A stretch of DNA of 64,000 bases from a bacterium (GTDB lineage Bacteria; Krumholzibacteriota; Krumholzibacteriia; LZORAL124-64-63): the NCBI GenBank assembly GCA_016719645.1, contig JADJYS010000001.1, forward strand, positions 518,558 to 582,557, given 5' to 3'. A program made the position numbers and the translations under genes. The notes beneath the pieces were generated by a model, which was not told where the DNA came from, did no database searches, and worked only from the letters and a program-made list of their open reading frames with translations. Of the stretch, positions 8,993-17,887 are shown in pieces. How positions within the stretch are numbered: the first letter of the stretch is position 1; each line of letters starts with the position of its first letter.

Positions 8993-10438
8993 GTGAAGCA
9001 ACTCGTCCCGCTTTCACTGTCGCTGTTGCTGTCGCTGACGGCGGCGGCCTCCGCCGCGCCGCCGACGCCCGCGGTCGCCGGGGCGACGCCGTGCGCGGAA
9101 CCGCTCGCCCTGTACCAGGCCGGCCAGCGCCGGGCCGCCGAGCCGGGTCTCGCCGCCTGCGCCGAGGACCCCGACGCCGGCGTGGAGGTGCTCGTCGCCC
9201 TGACGGTCCTGACGCTGGAGGACGGGCGGGTCCAGGACGCGCTGCGCTGGGGCGCCCGCGCCGCCGGCGACCATCCCGACGCGCCCGACGCCCGCTACTG
9301 GTACGGGCGCGCCCTGCTCGCGGCCGGGGATCTCGGCGCCGCGCGCTCGCAGTGGGAGCAGGGCCTCGCCGTCGGGTCGGAGCACGCCGGACTGCTGGAG
9401 GCCCTGGCCCGCCTGCTGCTGGAGCAGGGCGAGGAGCAGCCGGCCTACGGGCTCTTCACGCAGCTGGTGCGCGTGACCGGCGGCACCCCCAACGTCCACA
9501 AGACCCTCTCGCGCATCGCCCAGAAGCGCGCCCTGTGGCGCCAGGCGCTGGCCCACTGGGCCGATGCGCTCTCCTACGGTTCGCCGCCTCCGGCCGATCT
9601 GCGCAGCGCCGTCGAGCTGGGCATCATGGCCGGGGACACCGCCTACGCGGTGACCATCGGCCGCGAGACGGTGCGCCGCGACGACAGCGCCGCCTCCTGG
9701 GCCGTGCTGGGCGAGGCCTACTTCGCCGCCCGCCGCTACCAGCAGGCGGAGACCGCGCTGCGGACCGCCCTGGAGCGCGACGCGGGCCAGGCGGCTTCGC
9801 GTTTCCACCTGGCCAACACCCTGGAACTGCTCGGGCGCCAGCAGGAGGCCGACGCCGAGTTCCGCCGCTACGTCGCCGGCGCCCCCCAGGACCCCATCGG
9901 CCACTTCAACTTCGCCCTGCACCTGGAGAGCCGCAGCCGCCTGGCCGAGGCCCTCCAGGAGGCGACCCGCGCCTGCCAGCTGGGGCCGCGCGTGACGGAG
10001 GCACGCCTGCTGAAGGCGCGCCTGCTGGAACGACTCGGGGACGACGGCCGGTTGCTGGCCGAACTCGGGAGCATGCTCGCCGACGGCGTCGGGAACGCCG
10101 CCAAGCTGGGTGCCTGGCGCGACGAGGTGAAGGAGCGGCGCCGGCAGGAGGCCGGACTGCTGGCCGCGGGGCAGGTCCTGCTGCTGCACATCGCGTTGCC
10201 CGACGACGAGGCGGCGGCCCTGGTGCGGGGCGAGATCGCGGACGGCGTGGACTTCGCCGCCCTGGCGACGTCCTACAGCGTCGGGGCCGCGGCGGCGACC
10301 GGGGGGGACATCGGCTGGTTGGACCCGCGGCAGATGGCGGAACCGCTGCGTTCGGCGGTGGCGGGCCTGTCCCCGCAAGAGATCAGCCCTCCCGTCGCAT
10401 CGGGAGGGCTGGTGCACATCTTCAAGCGGCTTCGCTGA
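8993..10438 (+). CDS. Secreted TPR-repeat protein with C-terminal PpiC/parvulin-type peptidyl-prolyl isomerase domain
   Basis: GTG start with a signal peptide (LSLSLLLSLTAAASAAPP), then TPR repeats. The C-terminus (VLLLHIALPDDEAAALVRGEIADGVDFAALATSYS ... GGDIGWLDPRQMAEPLRSAV) matches a parvulin/SurA-like PPIase fold. Confidence 0.65.
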   Translation: MKQLVPLSLSLLLSLTAAASAAPPTPAVAGATPCAEPLALYQAGQRRAAEPGLAACAEDPDAGVEVLVALTVLTLEDGRVQDALRWGARAAGDHPDAPDARYWYGRALLAAGDLGAARSQWEQGLAVGSEHAGLLEALARLLLEQGEEQPAYGLFTQLVRVTGGTPNVHKTLSRIAQKRALWRQALAHWADALSYGSPPPADLRSAVELGIMAGDTAYAVTIGRETVRRDDSAASWAVLGEAYFAARRYQQAETALRTALERDAGQAASRFHLANTLELLGRQQEADAEFRRYVAGAPQDPIGHFNFALHLESRSRLAEALQEATRACQLGPRVTEARLLKARLLERLGDDGRLLAELGSMLADGVGNAAKLGAWRDEVKERRRQEAGLLAAGQVLLLHIALPDDEAAALVRGEIADGVDFAALATSYSVGAAAATGGDIGWLDPRQMAEPLRSAVAGLSPQEISPPVASGGLVHIFKRLR

Positions 10439-10456
10439 TTCAAGCGGCTTCGCTCA
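10421..10456 (+). repeat. 18-bp tandem duplication (ttcaagcggcttcgctga / ttcaagcggcttcgctca) spanning the stop codon of the TPR-parvulin gene
   Basis: Two adjacent 18-mers, 17/18 identical, read directly in the sequence at 10421-10438 and 10439-10456. The only difference turns tga into tca in copy 2. Confidence 0.9.
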
Positions 10457-10481
10457 CGCCGGTCACGGACGACGCCGGGCC

Positions 10482-10673
10482 TCAGACGACCTTGCGCACA
10501 GCACCGGCCTTGATGCAGCGCGTGCAGACGTAGCCCCGGCGGACCGTGCCGTTCTGCTCGTACTTGATCCGCTGCAGGTTGGGCAGCCAGCGATGGCGCG
10601 ACGTGTTGTGAGCATGGCTGACCCGGTTGCCGTACTGGGGCCCCTTGCTGCAGATCTCGCATTTCCTGCTCAT
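10482..10673 (-). CDS. rpmB: 50S ribosomal protein L28
   Basis: [34 protein letters not shown] matches the L28 consensus (MSRVCQVTGK..GNN.SHA.N.TKRRFLPNL). ATG at 10673, 17 codons inside the listed ORF. Confidence 0.85.
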   Translation of the reverse strand: MSRKCEICSKGPQYGNRVSHAHNTSRHRWLPNLQRIKYEQNGTVRRGYVCTRCIKAGAVRKVV

Positions 10674-10771
10674 GGCGCTCGTCCTCCTGGGATTCTTGCA
10701 ATCGCGGACTCGGGAATTTAACATCGGCGGCGCGTCCTCGCAAGGATTTTCCCCCGCCCGAAAGGACCCCC

Positions 10772-12856
10772 GTGCCGTCGGCGATCGCCTGGGACAGCCC
10801 TGTCCAGTTCCTCAAGGGCGTCGGGCCGGTGCGGGCGCAGGCCCTGTCGCGCCTCGGGATCGTCACGGTCGCCGACCTGCTGCGGCACTACCCGCGGACG
10901 CACCTGGACCGCAGCCGGGTCACCCCGATCCGGGACCTGCGGGCCGGCGCCGAGGCCACCGTCCTGGGGAAGGTCCTGACCGCCGGCGAGCGGCGTTCGC
11001 GGCAGGGCCGCACCGTCCAGACGGTCGCCGTCGCCGATGCCGGCGGCACGCTCTTCTGCCAGTGGTTCGGGCAGCCCTACCTGCTGCGCCAGCTGCGGCC
11101 GGGGCTCGAGATCCTCCTGGGCGGCCGGGCCCAGTTCTACAACCACCGCCTGCAGATGGTGCATCCCGATTTCGAACTGCTCGAGGACGGGGCCGCGACG
11201 CTCCACACCGGCCGCCTGGTCCCGATCTACCCCCTGACGACCGGCGTGGGCCAGCATTGGCTGCGCCGGCTGGTGCACGAGACGCTGGCCGCGGTCCGCG
11301 ACCGCCTGCAGGAGACCCTGCCCGGCGTCCTGCTGGCCGAGCGCGGCCTCGTCGGCCTGCGGGATGCGCTGGTGGGCATCCACTTCCCGGCCGACGGGCG
11401 GGATCTGGAAGCCGCCCGGACCCGCCTGGTCTACGAGGAGATCTTCCTGATCCAGCTGGCCCTGGCCTGCCGCAGGCGGGAGTTCGGGGAGCGGCCCGGT
11501 CTGCGCCTCGGACCGCCGGGCGACCTGACCGCCCGCCTGGTCGCGGGCCTGCCGTTCTCCCTGACGCGGGCCCAGCGGCGGGTCGCCGCCGAGATCCTGC
11601 GCGACCTGCGCAGCGGCCGGGTCATGCACCGCCTGCTGCAGGGCGACGTGGGCAGCGGCAAGACGCTGGTCGCGCTGCTGGGCGCGCTGTTCGTGATCGA
11701 GCAGCACCACCAGGCGCTGCTGATGGCGCCCACCGAGGTGCTCGCGCACCAGCACGGCGAGGTCTGCCGCCGGCTCTGCGAGCCCCTGGGCGTGAGCACC
11801 GCGACCCTGACCGGCTCCACCCCGGCCAGGGAGCGCCGCGAGATCCTGCGCGCCGCGGGGGCGGGCGAGATCGACCTGCTCGTCGGCACGCACGCCCTGG
11901 TGCAGGACGGCGTGGAACTGCCGCGGCTCGGGCTGGCGGTCGTGGACGAGCAGCACCGCTTCGGCGTGCGCCAGCGCGGCCGCGCCGGGCGCACCGGCGA
12001 CGAGGTCGCGCCCCACGTGCTGGTGATGAGCGCGACGCCGATCCCCCGCAGCCTGGCGCTCACCCTCTACGGCGACCTCGACCTCTCGATCCTGGACGAG
12101 ATGCCGGCCGGCCGCCGGCCCGTCGCGACCGGCACCGTGGCCGCCGTCGACCTGGACTCCTGCTACGCCGGGATCCGCGACCGCCTGCGCGCCGGCGAGC
12201 GGGCCTTCGTGATCTACCCGGTGATCGAGGAGACCGCCGGCCAGGACCTGCGCTCGGCCGAGGCCGAGTACGAGCGGCTGGCCGCGGGTCCCTTCCGGGA
12301 CCACCGGGTCGGCCTGCTCCACGGCCGCATGAAGTCCCGCGACAAGCAGGCCGTGATGGCCGCGTTCGCGTCCGGGGAACTGGAGGTCCTCGTCGCCACG
12401 TCGGTGGTCGAGGTGGGCATCGACGTGCCCCGGGCCACCGCCATGGTCATCCACCACCCGGAACGCTTCGGGCTGGCCCAGCTGCACCAGCTGCGCGGCC
12501 GCATCGGCCGTTCGGAGCTGGCCTCGCGCTGCGAGCTCGTGCTCGACCGCTGGCTGGCCCCCGACGCCGCCGAGCGCCTGCAGGTCTTCTGCGCCACCCA
12601 GGACGGCTTCCGCCTGGCCGAAGAGGACCTGCGGCGGCGCGGTCCCGGCGACGTGCTCGGCGTGCGCCAGCACGGCGCGCCGGCCTTCCTCTTGGCCAAC
12701 CCCCTGCGCGACCAGGCCGTGGTCTCCCTGGCCGCCGCCGACGCCGCCGGCCTGCTGGCGGCCGACCCGCGCCTCGCGGCCCCGGGCCTCGCGCCCCTGC
12801 GGGGGGCCCTGGATGCCGGGTTCGGCCGCTACCTCGCCCTGACCGCGGCCGGCTGA
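10772..12856 (+). CDS. recG: ATP-dependent DNA helicase RecG
   Basis: 694 aa. Wedge/OB N-terminus, helicase motif [17 protein letters not shown], and the C-terminal HQLRGRIGR motif typical of RecG. Confidence 0.9.
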   Translation: MPSAIAWDSPVQFLKGVGPVRAQALSRLGIVTVADLLRHYPRTHLDRSRVTPIRDLRAGAEATVLGKVLTAGERRSRQGRTVQTVAVADAGGTLFCQWFGQPYLLRQLRPGLEILLGGRAQFYNHRLQMVHPDFELLEDGAATLHTGRLVPIYPLTTGVGQHWLRRLVHETLAAVRDRLQETLPGVLLAERGLVGLRDALVGIHFPADGRDLEAARTRLVYEEIFLIQLALACRRREFGERPGLRLGPPGDLTARLVAGLPFSLTRAQRRVAAEILRDLRSGRVMHRLLQGDVGSGKTLVALLGALFVIEQHHQALLMAPTEVLAHQHGEVCRRLCEPLGVSTATLTGSTPARERREILRAAGAGEIDLLVGTHALVQDGVELPRLGLAVVDEQHRFGVRQRGRAGRTGDEVAPHVLVMSATPIPRSLALTLYGDLDLSILDEMPAGRRPVATGTVAAVDLDSCYAGIRDRLRAGERAFVIYPVIEETAGQDLRSAEAEYERLAAGPFRDHRVGLLHGRMKSRDKQAVMAAFASGELEVLVATSVVEVGIDVPRATAMVIHHPERFGLAQLHQLRGRIGRSELASRCELVLDRWLAPDAAERLQVFCATQDGFRLAEEDLRRRGPGDVLGVRQHGAPAFLLANPLRDQAVVSLAAADAAGLLAADPRLAAPGLAPLRGALDAGFGRYLALTAAG

Positions 12857-12927
12857 GCGCTCGCGGCGGTCAAGCCGGCCCGGCTGCTGCCGATGAACCG
12901 GGGTGCCCGCTGTCCCCGGAGGTTGAC

Positions 12928-13362
12928 TTGCGAGTCACGTGTCCCAGTTGCCGCACCGACTACGCCGTGCCGGCGAGCCAGGCGCCGCGCCGGCCGCTGC
13001 GGCTGATCTGCCCGGCGTGCGGTCGCGGGTTCCGGCTCGAGCCCGATCCGCGCCGCGCCGCGCCGCCGGCGGTCGACGACGTCGCGGCCGCCTGGTCGGA
13101 CCGGCTGGCGCGCGCCCTGGTGTCCGACATCGTGGTGTACCATCCCGAGCGGCGGCTTGCGGCCTTGGCGCGGGGCGGGCTCCTCGAGGAGTTCGTGCCG
13201 GAGATCGCCGAGGCCTGGCGCCTGCTGCTGGATCTCGCCGGCGACGATCCCGCCCGCCTGGCGCCCGTGTTCCGCGGCGCCCTGGACTCCCTGCTCGGCG
13301 ACGGCGCGCCCGTCGTCCCCTGCGCGCCGGCCGGCACGCGAAAGGGGCCCGCAGGCCCCTGA
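12928..13362 (+). CDS. Zinc-ribbon (MJ0042-type CxxC...CxxC) domain protein of unknown function
   Basis: TTG start 5 nt after GGAGG. N-terminal CPSCRTDY ... CPACGRGF double CxxC ribbon, then a ~100-aa Ala/Leu-rich domain. Start choice is uncertain. Confidence 0.45.
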   Translation: MRVTCPSCRTDYAVPASQAPRRPLRLICPACGRGFRLEPDPRRAAPPAVDDVAAAWSDRLARALVSDIVVYHPERRLAALARGGLLEEFVPEIAEAWRLLLDLAGDDPARLAPVFRGALDSLLGDGAPVVPCAPAGTRKGPAGP

Positions 13363-13389
13363 GCGCGCGCCGGTCCATGTCGGCCCGGA

Positions 13390-13830
13390 TCACTCGTCCC
13401 AGCGCTGGCTCACGTCCGACAGGATGGCGTCGATGTGCTGCCGGATGCGCTGGTTCTGGTCGGGCTCGAACAGCGCCTTCTTCACGCGCCCGTCGGCGTC
13501 CTTCTTGATGTAGCGCAGCGATTTCAGATCTTCCATCGGCAGCAGGATGTCCTTGCAGACGCTGACCTCCAGGGGACGGCCGTCGAGGTCCAGCGAGGGA
13601 TTGTTGTGCGGGTGCATGCCGAGTCCCCAGCCGTGGGCGACCATCGAGCACAGCAGGGCGCGCAGCATGTTCTGGCCCTGGACGGTGTCGGGGTCGTAGC
13701 TCCCCTGCAGGCGTTCCAGGACGCCGTCGACGACGGGCACGAGGCGGTCGACATGTTCGTGGTCGAGCTCCTGGTGCAGCAGGCGCGCGAACATGTCCTT
13801 GAGGATGCGGTCGGTGTTGGTCACGGTCAT
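13390..13830 (-). CDS. Hypothetical protein (146 aa, no recognisable domain)
   Basis: Clean ORF in a coding-like frame. Start taken at internal ATG (MTVTNTDRILKDMF). The 23 nt upstream on the coding strand contain a C9 run, so there is no Shine-Dalgarno sequence. Confidence 0.4.
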   Translation of the reverse strand: MTVTNTDRILKDMFARLLHQELDHEHVDRLVPVVDGVLERLQGSYDPDTVQGQNMLRALLCSMVAHGWGLGMHPHNNPSLDLDGRPLEVSVCKDILLPMEDLKSLRYIKKDADGRVKKALFEPDQNQRIRQHIDAILSDVSQRWDE

Positions 13831-13967
13831 CGCACGCTCCGGATGGGGGGGGGCCTGGTCCCGGCTGACGGCCGGGCTCTTCCGGATCATCGGCAGCCGC
13901 CGCCGGATCTTGAAGCCCCGTGGAACAATTCGTTGACCCGGATCGCGGCGGGTCCTAGTCTGCGCCC

Positions 13968-14825
13968 ATGTCGAACCGGGAAATGGACAACCAGCGGCCT
14001 CCCGCCGCCGACGCCCGCGCCGCCGAGGCCTTCGCCCGCGGCCGCTCGGCCGAGCAGCAGGGCGCGCTCGACGAAGCGCTGGCCGCCTACCGGGAAGCGC
14101 TCGCGGGCGCTCCCCGCCAGTCCGAGTGGTGGTACCGCCTGGGCTGCGTGCAGCGCAAGCAGGGGGACCTCGTCGGCGCCCACGAGGCGTTCCGCCAGGC
14201 CGTCGACCTGGGCGGGGAGGACAGCCGGGCCCTGACCAACCTCGGCACCGTCCTGGACGAACTGGGCCGGCGCGCCGAAGCCATGCAGATGTACCTGCGG
14301 GCGATCGCGGCCGACCAGGACAACGCCGACGCGCACCACAACCTCGGCGCCCTCTACGCCGAGGAGGGGCGGCCCCGGGACGCCGTGCGCTGTTTCGAAG
14401 CCGCCATCCGCGCCCGCCCGGACGCCGAGGGCTACCTCAACCTCGGCATGGTGCATTTCCGCGACGATGCCTACGACGAGGCCCTGGCCTGCTTCGAGCA
14501 GGGCTTGAAGGTTGCGCCGCAATCTTCTTCGGCTATTTATTTTACGGGATTGGCCCTCCAGAAGAAGGGCCTGTACCGCGAAGCGGCCGAACGCTTCCGC
14601 AAGACGCTGGAGCTGGACGGCCGCCTGGTCCGCGCCCACTTCCATCTCGGCACCTGCCTGCGCAAGCTGGAGAAGCACGAGGAGTCCCTGGCTTCCCTGT
14701 TGCGGGCCCTGGACGCCTTCCCCGACGACGGGCGCCTGCACTACCAGCTGGCCCTGACCTACGACGCCCTCCTGATGCGCCAGGAGGCCCGCAAGCACTA
14801 CCGCCTGGCCCGCCAGGAACGCTGA
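13968..14825 (+). CDS. TPR-repeat protein
   Basis: Classic 34-aa TPR repeats (WYRLGCVQRKQGDLVGAHEAFRQAVDL, LTNLGTVLDELGRRAEAMQMYLRAIAA, HHNLGALYAEEGRPRDAVRCFEAAIRA ...). A sigma70-like promoter (TTGACC-N17-TAGTCT) lies only ~8 nt upstream of the ATG. Confidence 0.6.
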   Translation: MSNREMDNQRPPAADARAAEAFARGRSAEQQGALDEALAAYREALAGAPRQSEWWYRLGCVQRKQGDLVGAHEAFRQAVDLGGEDSRALTNLGTVLDELGRRAEAMQMYLRAIAADQDNADAHHNLGALYAEEGRPRDAVRCFEAAIRARPDAEGYLNLGMVHFRDDAYDEALACFEQGLKVAPQSSSAIYFTGLALQKKGLYREAAERFRKTLELDGRLVRAHFHLGTCLRKLEKHEESLASLLRALDAFPDDGRLHYQLALTYDALLMRQEARKHYRLARQER

Positions 14826-14838
14826 CGCGAGGTATCCC

Positions 14839-15627
14839 GTGGAATTCCTGCAAGTGATGTTGTTGGCTGTCGTGCAGGGGCTCACCGAGTTCCTGCCGGT
14901 CAGCAGTTCCGGGCATCTGGTCCTGGTCCAGCATTTCCTGCACGCCTTCGAGGGCGATGTCGCGCTGGACGTGATCCTGCACGGGGGCACGCTCGTCGCC
15001 GTGCTGGCTGTCTACCGGCGGGAGGTCCGCCGCCTGCTGCGCTTCGATGCGGCCGCCGTGCAGTACCTCGTGGCCCTGGTCGTGGGCACGCTGCCCGCCG
15101 TCGCGGTGGGCCTGCTGCTGAAGGACCAGGTCGAGGCCCTGTTCGCCGACCCCCGCGCCACGGCCGCCGCGCTGATGGGCACGGGCCTGATCCTGCTGTC
15201 GACCCGGGCCGCCCGCAGCGAGCTGAGGCGGGTGCCGGGCGACTGGCACCCGGTGCCGCCGGCCCTCCCGAAAGCCCTGCTCATCGGCGGCGCCCAGGCC
15301 GTGGCCATCACGCCGGGCATCAGCCGCTCGGGCTCGACCATCGCGGCCTCGCTCTGGCTGGGGCTGCCCCGCGACGAGGCCGCGCGCTTCAGCTTCCTGC
15401 TGGCGGTGCCGGCGATCCTCGGCGCCCTGGTCCTGCATTTCCTCGACGGGGGGCTGCGGAGCGAGGCGGGCCCGATCACGCTCGCGGCGGGCGCCGCCGT
15501 GGCCTGCCTGGTCGGCATGGTCGCCATCCGGCTGACGGCGCTGCTGGTCGTCCAGCGGCACTTCTGGAAGTTCTCGTTCTACTGCCTGCCCCTGGGCGCG
15601 GCGATGTCCGTGCTGTTCAGCCGCTGA
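14839..15627 (+). CDS. uppP: Undecaprenyl-diphosphatase (BacA/UppP)
   Basis: LAVVQGLTEFLPVSSSGHLVLV matches the UppP N-terminal motif. 8 TM helices, ~262 aa. Confidence 0.9.
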   Translation: MEFLQVMLLAVVQGLTEFLPVSSSGHLVLVQHFLHAFEGDVALDVILHGGTLVAVLAVYRREVRRLLRFDAAAVQYLVALVVGTLPAVAVGLLLKDQVEALFADPRATAAALMGTGLILLSTRAARSELRRVPGDWHPVPPALPKALLIGGAQAVAITPGISRSGSTIAASLWLGLPRDEAARFSFLLAVPAILGALVLHFLDGGLRSEAGPITLAAGAAVACLVGMVAIRLTALLVVQRHFWKFSFYCLPLGAAMSVLFSR

Positions 15628-15632
15628 ACCCG

Positions 15633-16010
15633 TCAGGCGTTCGCCGGCACGCAGGACAACCGCTGCAGCGCGGCGAGCGCGGCGTCCGGGTCGTAGGGCT
15701 TTTCCAGCACCTCGCGGGCGCCGCGGGCGCGGGCCCTCGCGGCGCCTTCGGCGTCGCCGGGCGCGACGACGGCGGCCAGGGCCAGGGCGGGGTCGCGCGC
15801 CAGCAGGGCGCCCAGCAGGGCTTCGCCCACCACGGCGTCCGCGGTCAGGTCCACGACCGCGAGGCCGGGCTCCAGCGCGGCCTGCAGATCGAGCGCCTCG
15901 GCGGCGCTGCCCGCTTCGGCGACGACGGCGATGCCGGCTTCGCGGGCGATTTCGCCCAGGACGAAACGCAGGAACTCCGCGTCGTCGACGATCAGCAGCG
16001 TGGGGCGCAC
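15633..16010 (-). CDS. Single-domain response regulator (CheY-like receiver)
   Basis: LLIVDDAEF (acidic pair), conserved Asp in AVVDLTADAV, and conserved Lys in VLEKPYD. GTG start with GGAGG 7 nt upstream. Confidence 0.65.
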   Translation of the reverse strand: MRPTLLIVDDAEFLRFVLGEIAREAGIAVVAEAGSAAEALDLQAALEPGLAVVDLTADAVVGEALLGALLARDPALALAAVVAPGDAEGAARARARGAREVLEKPYDPDAALAALQRLSCVPANA

Positions 16011-16185
16011 GTCAGCCTCCGGGGGACCGGGGAACGCCGCGAGGCCGGAACCGCGACCGCGGCGGGGGGTTCAGGCGCGACCGCCGGATCCGGCGACGCC
16101 GCGCCGACGCAGCATCGGCCGGCGGCGGTGGGACTTGAGCGACGGTGACGAACGCAAGGGTGACCCGGGTGCAAGGGAGGACGAG

Positions 16186-17601
16186 ATGAATCAGATGTGC
16201 GCGAAGACCGCCGGCCGGAAGTTCGCCGCGGCCGTGGTCGTCCTGGCGGCGGCCTGGCCCGCGTTCGCGGCCGACCTCCCGGTCGTGCTCAGCGGCGCGG
16301 ACGACCGCGCCGAGCTGATGCTCACGATCTACAACGAGAACCTCGCCCTGGTGCGCGAGGTGCGCGGGATCGAGCTGCCCGGCGGCGCCGCACGCCTGGA
16401 GTTCCAGGACGTGCCGTCGCAGATCGAGCCGCGCTCGCTGCTGGTCGAGACGAAGGCGGGCCGAGGGCTGCGCCTGCTGGAGCAGAACTACGAGTTCGAC
16501 CTGATGTCGCGCGAGAAGATCCTCGAGAAGTACGTCGGCCGCGAGGTGAGCTGGCTGCAGGAGGACGGCTCGCGGCGCACCGGCACGCTGCTGGGGATGG
16601 CGGAGGGACCGGTCTACCGCGTCGACGGGCAGGTCGTCTTCGAGGTGCCGGGCCGCCTGGCCCTGCCCGAGCTGCCGGGCGACCTGCGGGCCCTGCCGAC
16701 CCTGGTCTGGCAGGTGCAGGCCGACGGCGCCGGCCGCCGCGACCTGGACGTGTCGTACCTGACGCGCGGCGTGTCGTGGTCGGCCGACTACGTGCTGCAG
16801 CTGGGGGAGAGCGGGACGACCGGCGACCTGCAGGCCTGGGTGTCGGTGGACAACCGCAGCGGCGCCACCTACCGCGACGCGCAGCTGATGTTCCTGGCCG
16901 GCGAGGTGCACCAGGCGCCGGCGCCGGCGCGCCCGGTCATGTACAAGGCCGCGGAGATGGCGATGGCCATGGACGGCGGCATGGTCGAGGAGACGGTCTC
17001 GGACTACCACCTCTACACCTACGGCGAGCGCACGACGCTCAAGGAGCAGAGCGTCAAGCAGCTCTCGCTGTTCACGGCGCCCGACGTCAAGGTGAGCCGC
17101 CACTACCGCCTCGGAGGCTCGCCTGCGCTTCGCCACGGCAGCGCGGCGCGGTCCGACCGCGTGGCGGTCTGGCACGTCCTGGAGAACCGCGAGCGCGACG
17201 GGCTCGGCCTGCCGCTGCCGGCCGGCGTCGTGCGCGTCTACGGCCGCTCGGCCTCCGGCGCCCGCCAGCTGCTCGGGGAGGACCGCATCGGCCACACGCC
17301 GAAGGACGAGACGGTCGAGCTGCTGACCGGCTACGCCTTCGACATCAGCGCCGAGCGGACCCAGACCGACGAGCGCGCGCGCGGCGACCGCTCCCGCGAG
17401 TACGCGTACCGCATCCTGCTGAAGAACCACACGAAGGCGCCGGTGACCGTCGAGGTGACCGAAAACGCGGGCGGCGAGTGGTCGATCCTCGAGGAGAGCC
17501 ACCCGCACGCGAAGGTGGACGCCGCCACGTTCCGCTTCGACGTGCCGGTGCCGGCCGACGGCGAAACGGCGTTGACCTACCGGGTCCTCGTCAACTGGTG
17601 A
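16186..17601 (+). CDS. Secreted DUF4139/DUF4140 family protein (MuiA-like)
   Basis: ATG at 16186 after AGGGAGG. Signal peptide (AAVVVLAAAWPAFAADLP), then an N-terminal DUF4140-like and a C-terminal DUF4139-like region (LMFLAGEVHQ ... VRVYGR ... YRILLKNHTKAPVTVEVTE). Confidence 0.65.
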   Translation: MNQMCAKTAGRKFAAAVVVLAAAWPAFAADLPVVLSGADDRAELMLTIYNENLALVREVRGIELPGGAARLEFQDVPSQIEPRSLLVETKAGRGLRLLEQNYEFDLMSREKILEKYVGREVSWLQEDGSRRTGTLLGMAEGPVYRVDGQVVFEVPGRLALPELPGDLRALPTLVWQVQADGAGRRDLDVSYLTRGVSWSADYVLQLGESGTTGDLQAWVSVDNRSGATYRDAQLMFLAGEVHQAPAPARPVMYKAAEMAMAMDGGMVEETVSDYHLYTYGERTTLKEQSVKQLSLFTAPDVKVSRHYRLGGSPALRHGSAARSDRVAVWHVLENRERDGLGLPLPAGVVRVYGRSASGARQLLGEDRIGHTPKDETVELLTGYAFDISAERTQTDERARGDRSREYAYRILLKNHTKAPVTVEVTENAGGEWSILEESHPHAKVDAATFRFDVPVPADGETALTYRVLVNW

Positions 17602-17699
17602 GCCGCGGCGCGCCGCCGCAAACGGTCGCGTGGACGGGGGGAAGGCCCCCCGTCCCGTTGACACCCTGTCTCCGGTTCACGGGCGTTCGCTGACAGAAT

Positions 17700-17887
17700 G
17701 TCGAAATCCCCCCGCCGGGCCGCGGTCGCCTTCAGGGACCGCCCGAGGGGTGAAAGCGTATCTCCTAGAAAATTCTGGTAGTTAGGTATCAGGAGAGAAT
17801 CAGTTGTTCACCGCCCGGACCTGGTACGGGACTTGTATTGTCAAACACAAAATGCAGCCCCACGGATACGGAGCAAGGACGTCAGTC
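17700..17887 (+). promoter_or_regulatory. AT-rich (~45% GC) leader/promoter region upstream of the sigma-factor gene
   Basis: A marked GC drop relative to the ~72% flanks. Contains TTGTAT/TTGTCA -35-like hexamers and a GGAG upstream of ATG 17888. Confidence 0.3.

Noticed and set aside
10627-13362. 911-aa ORF overlapping recG
   Set aside because: RecG occupies another frame with full motif support. Only the last ~145 codons, the zinc-ribbon protein, look genuine.
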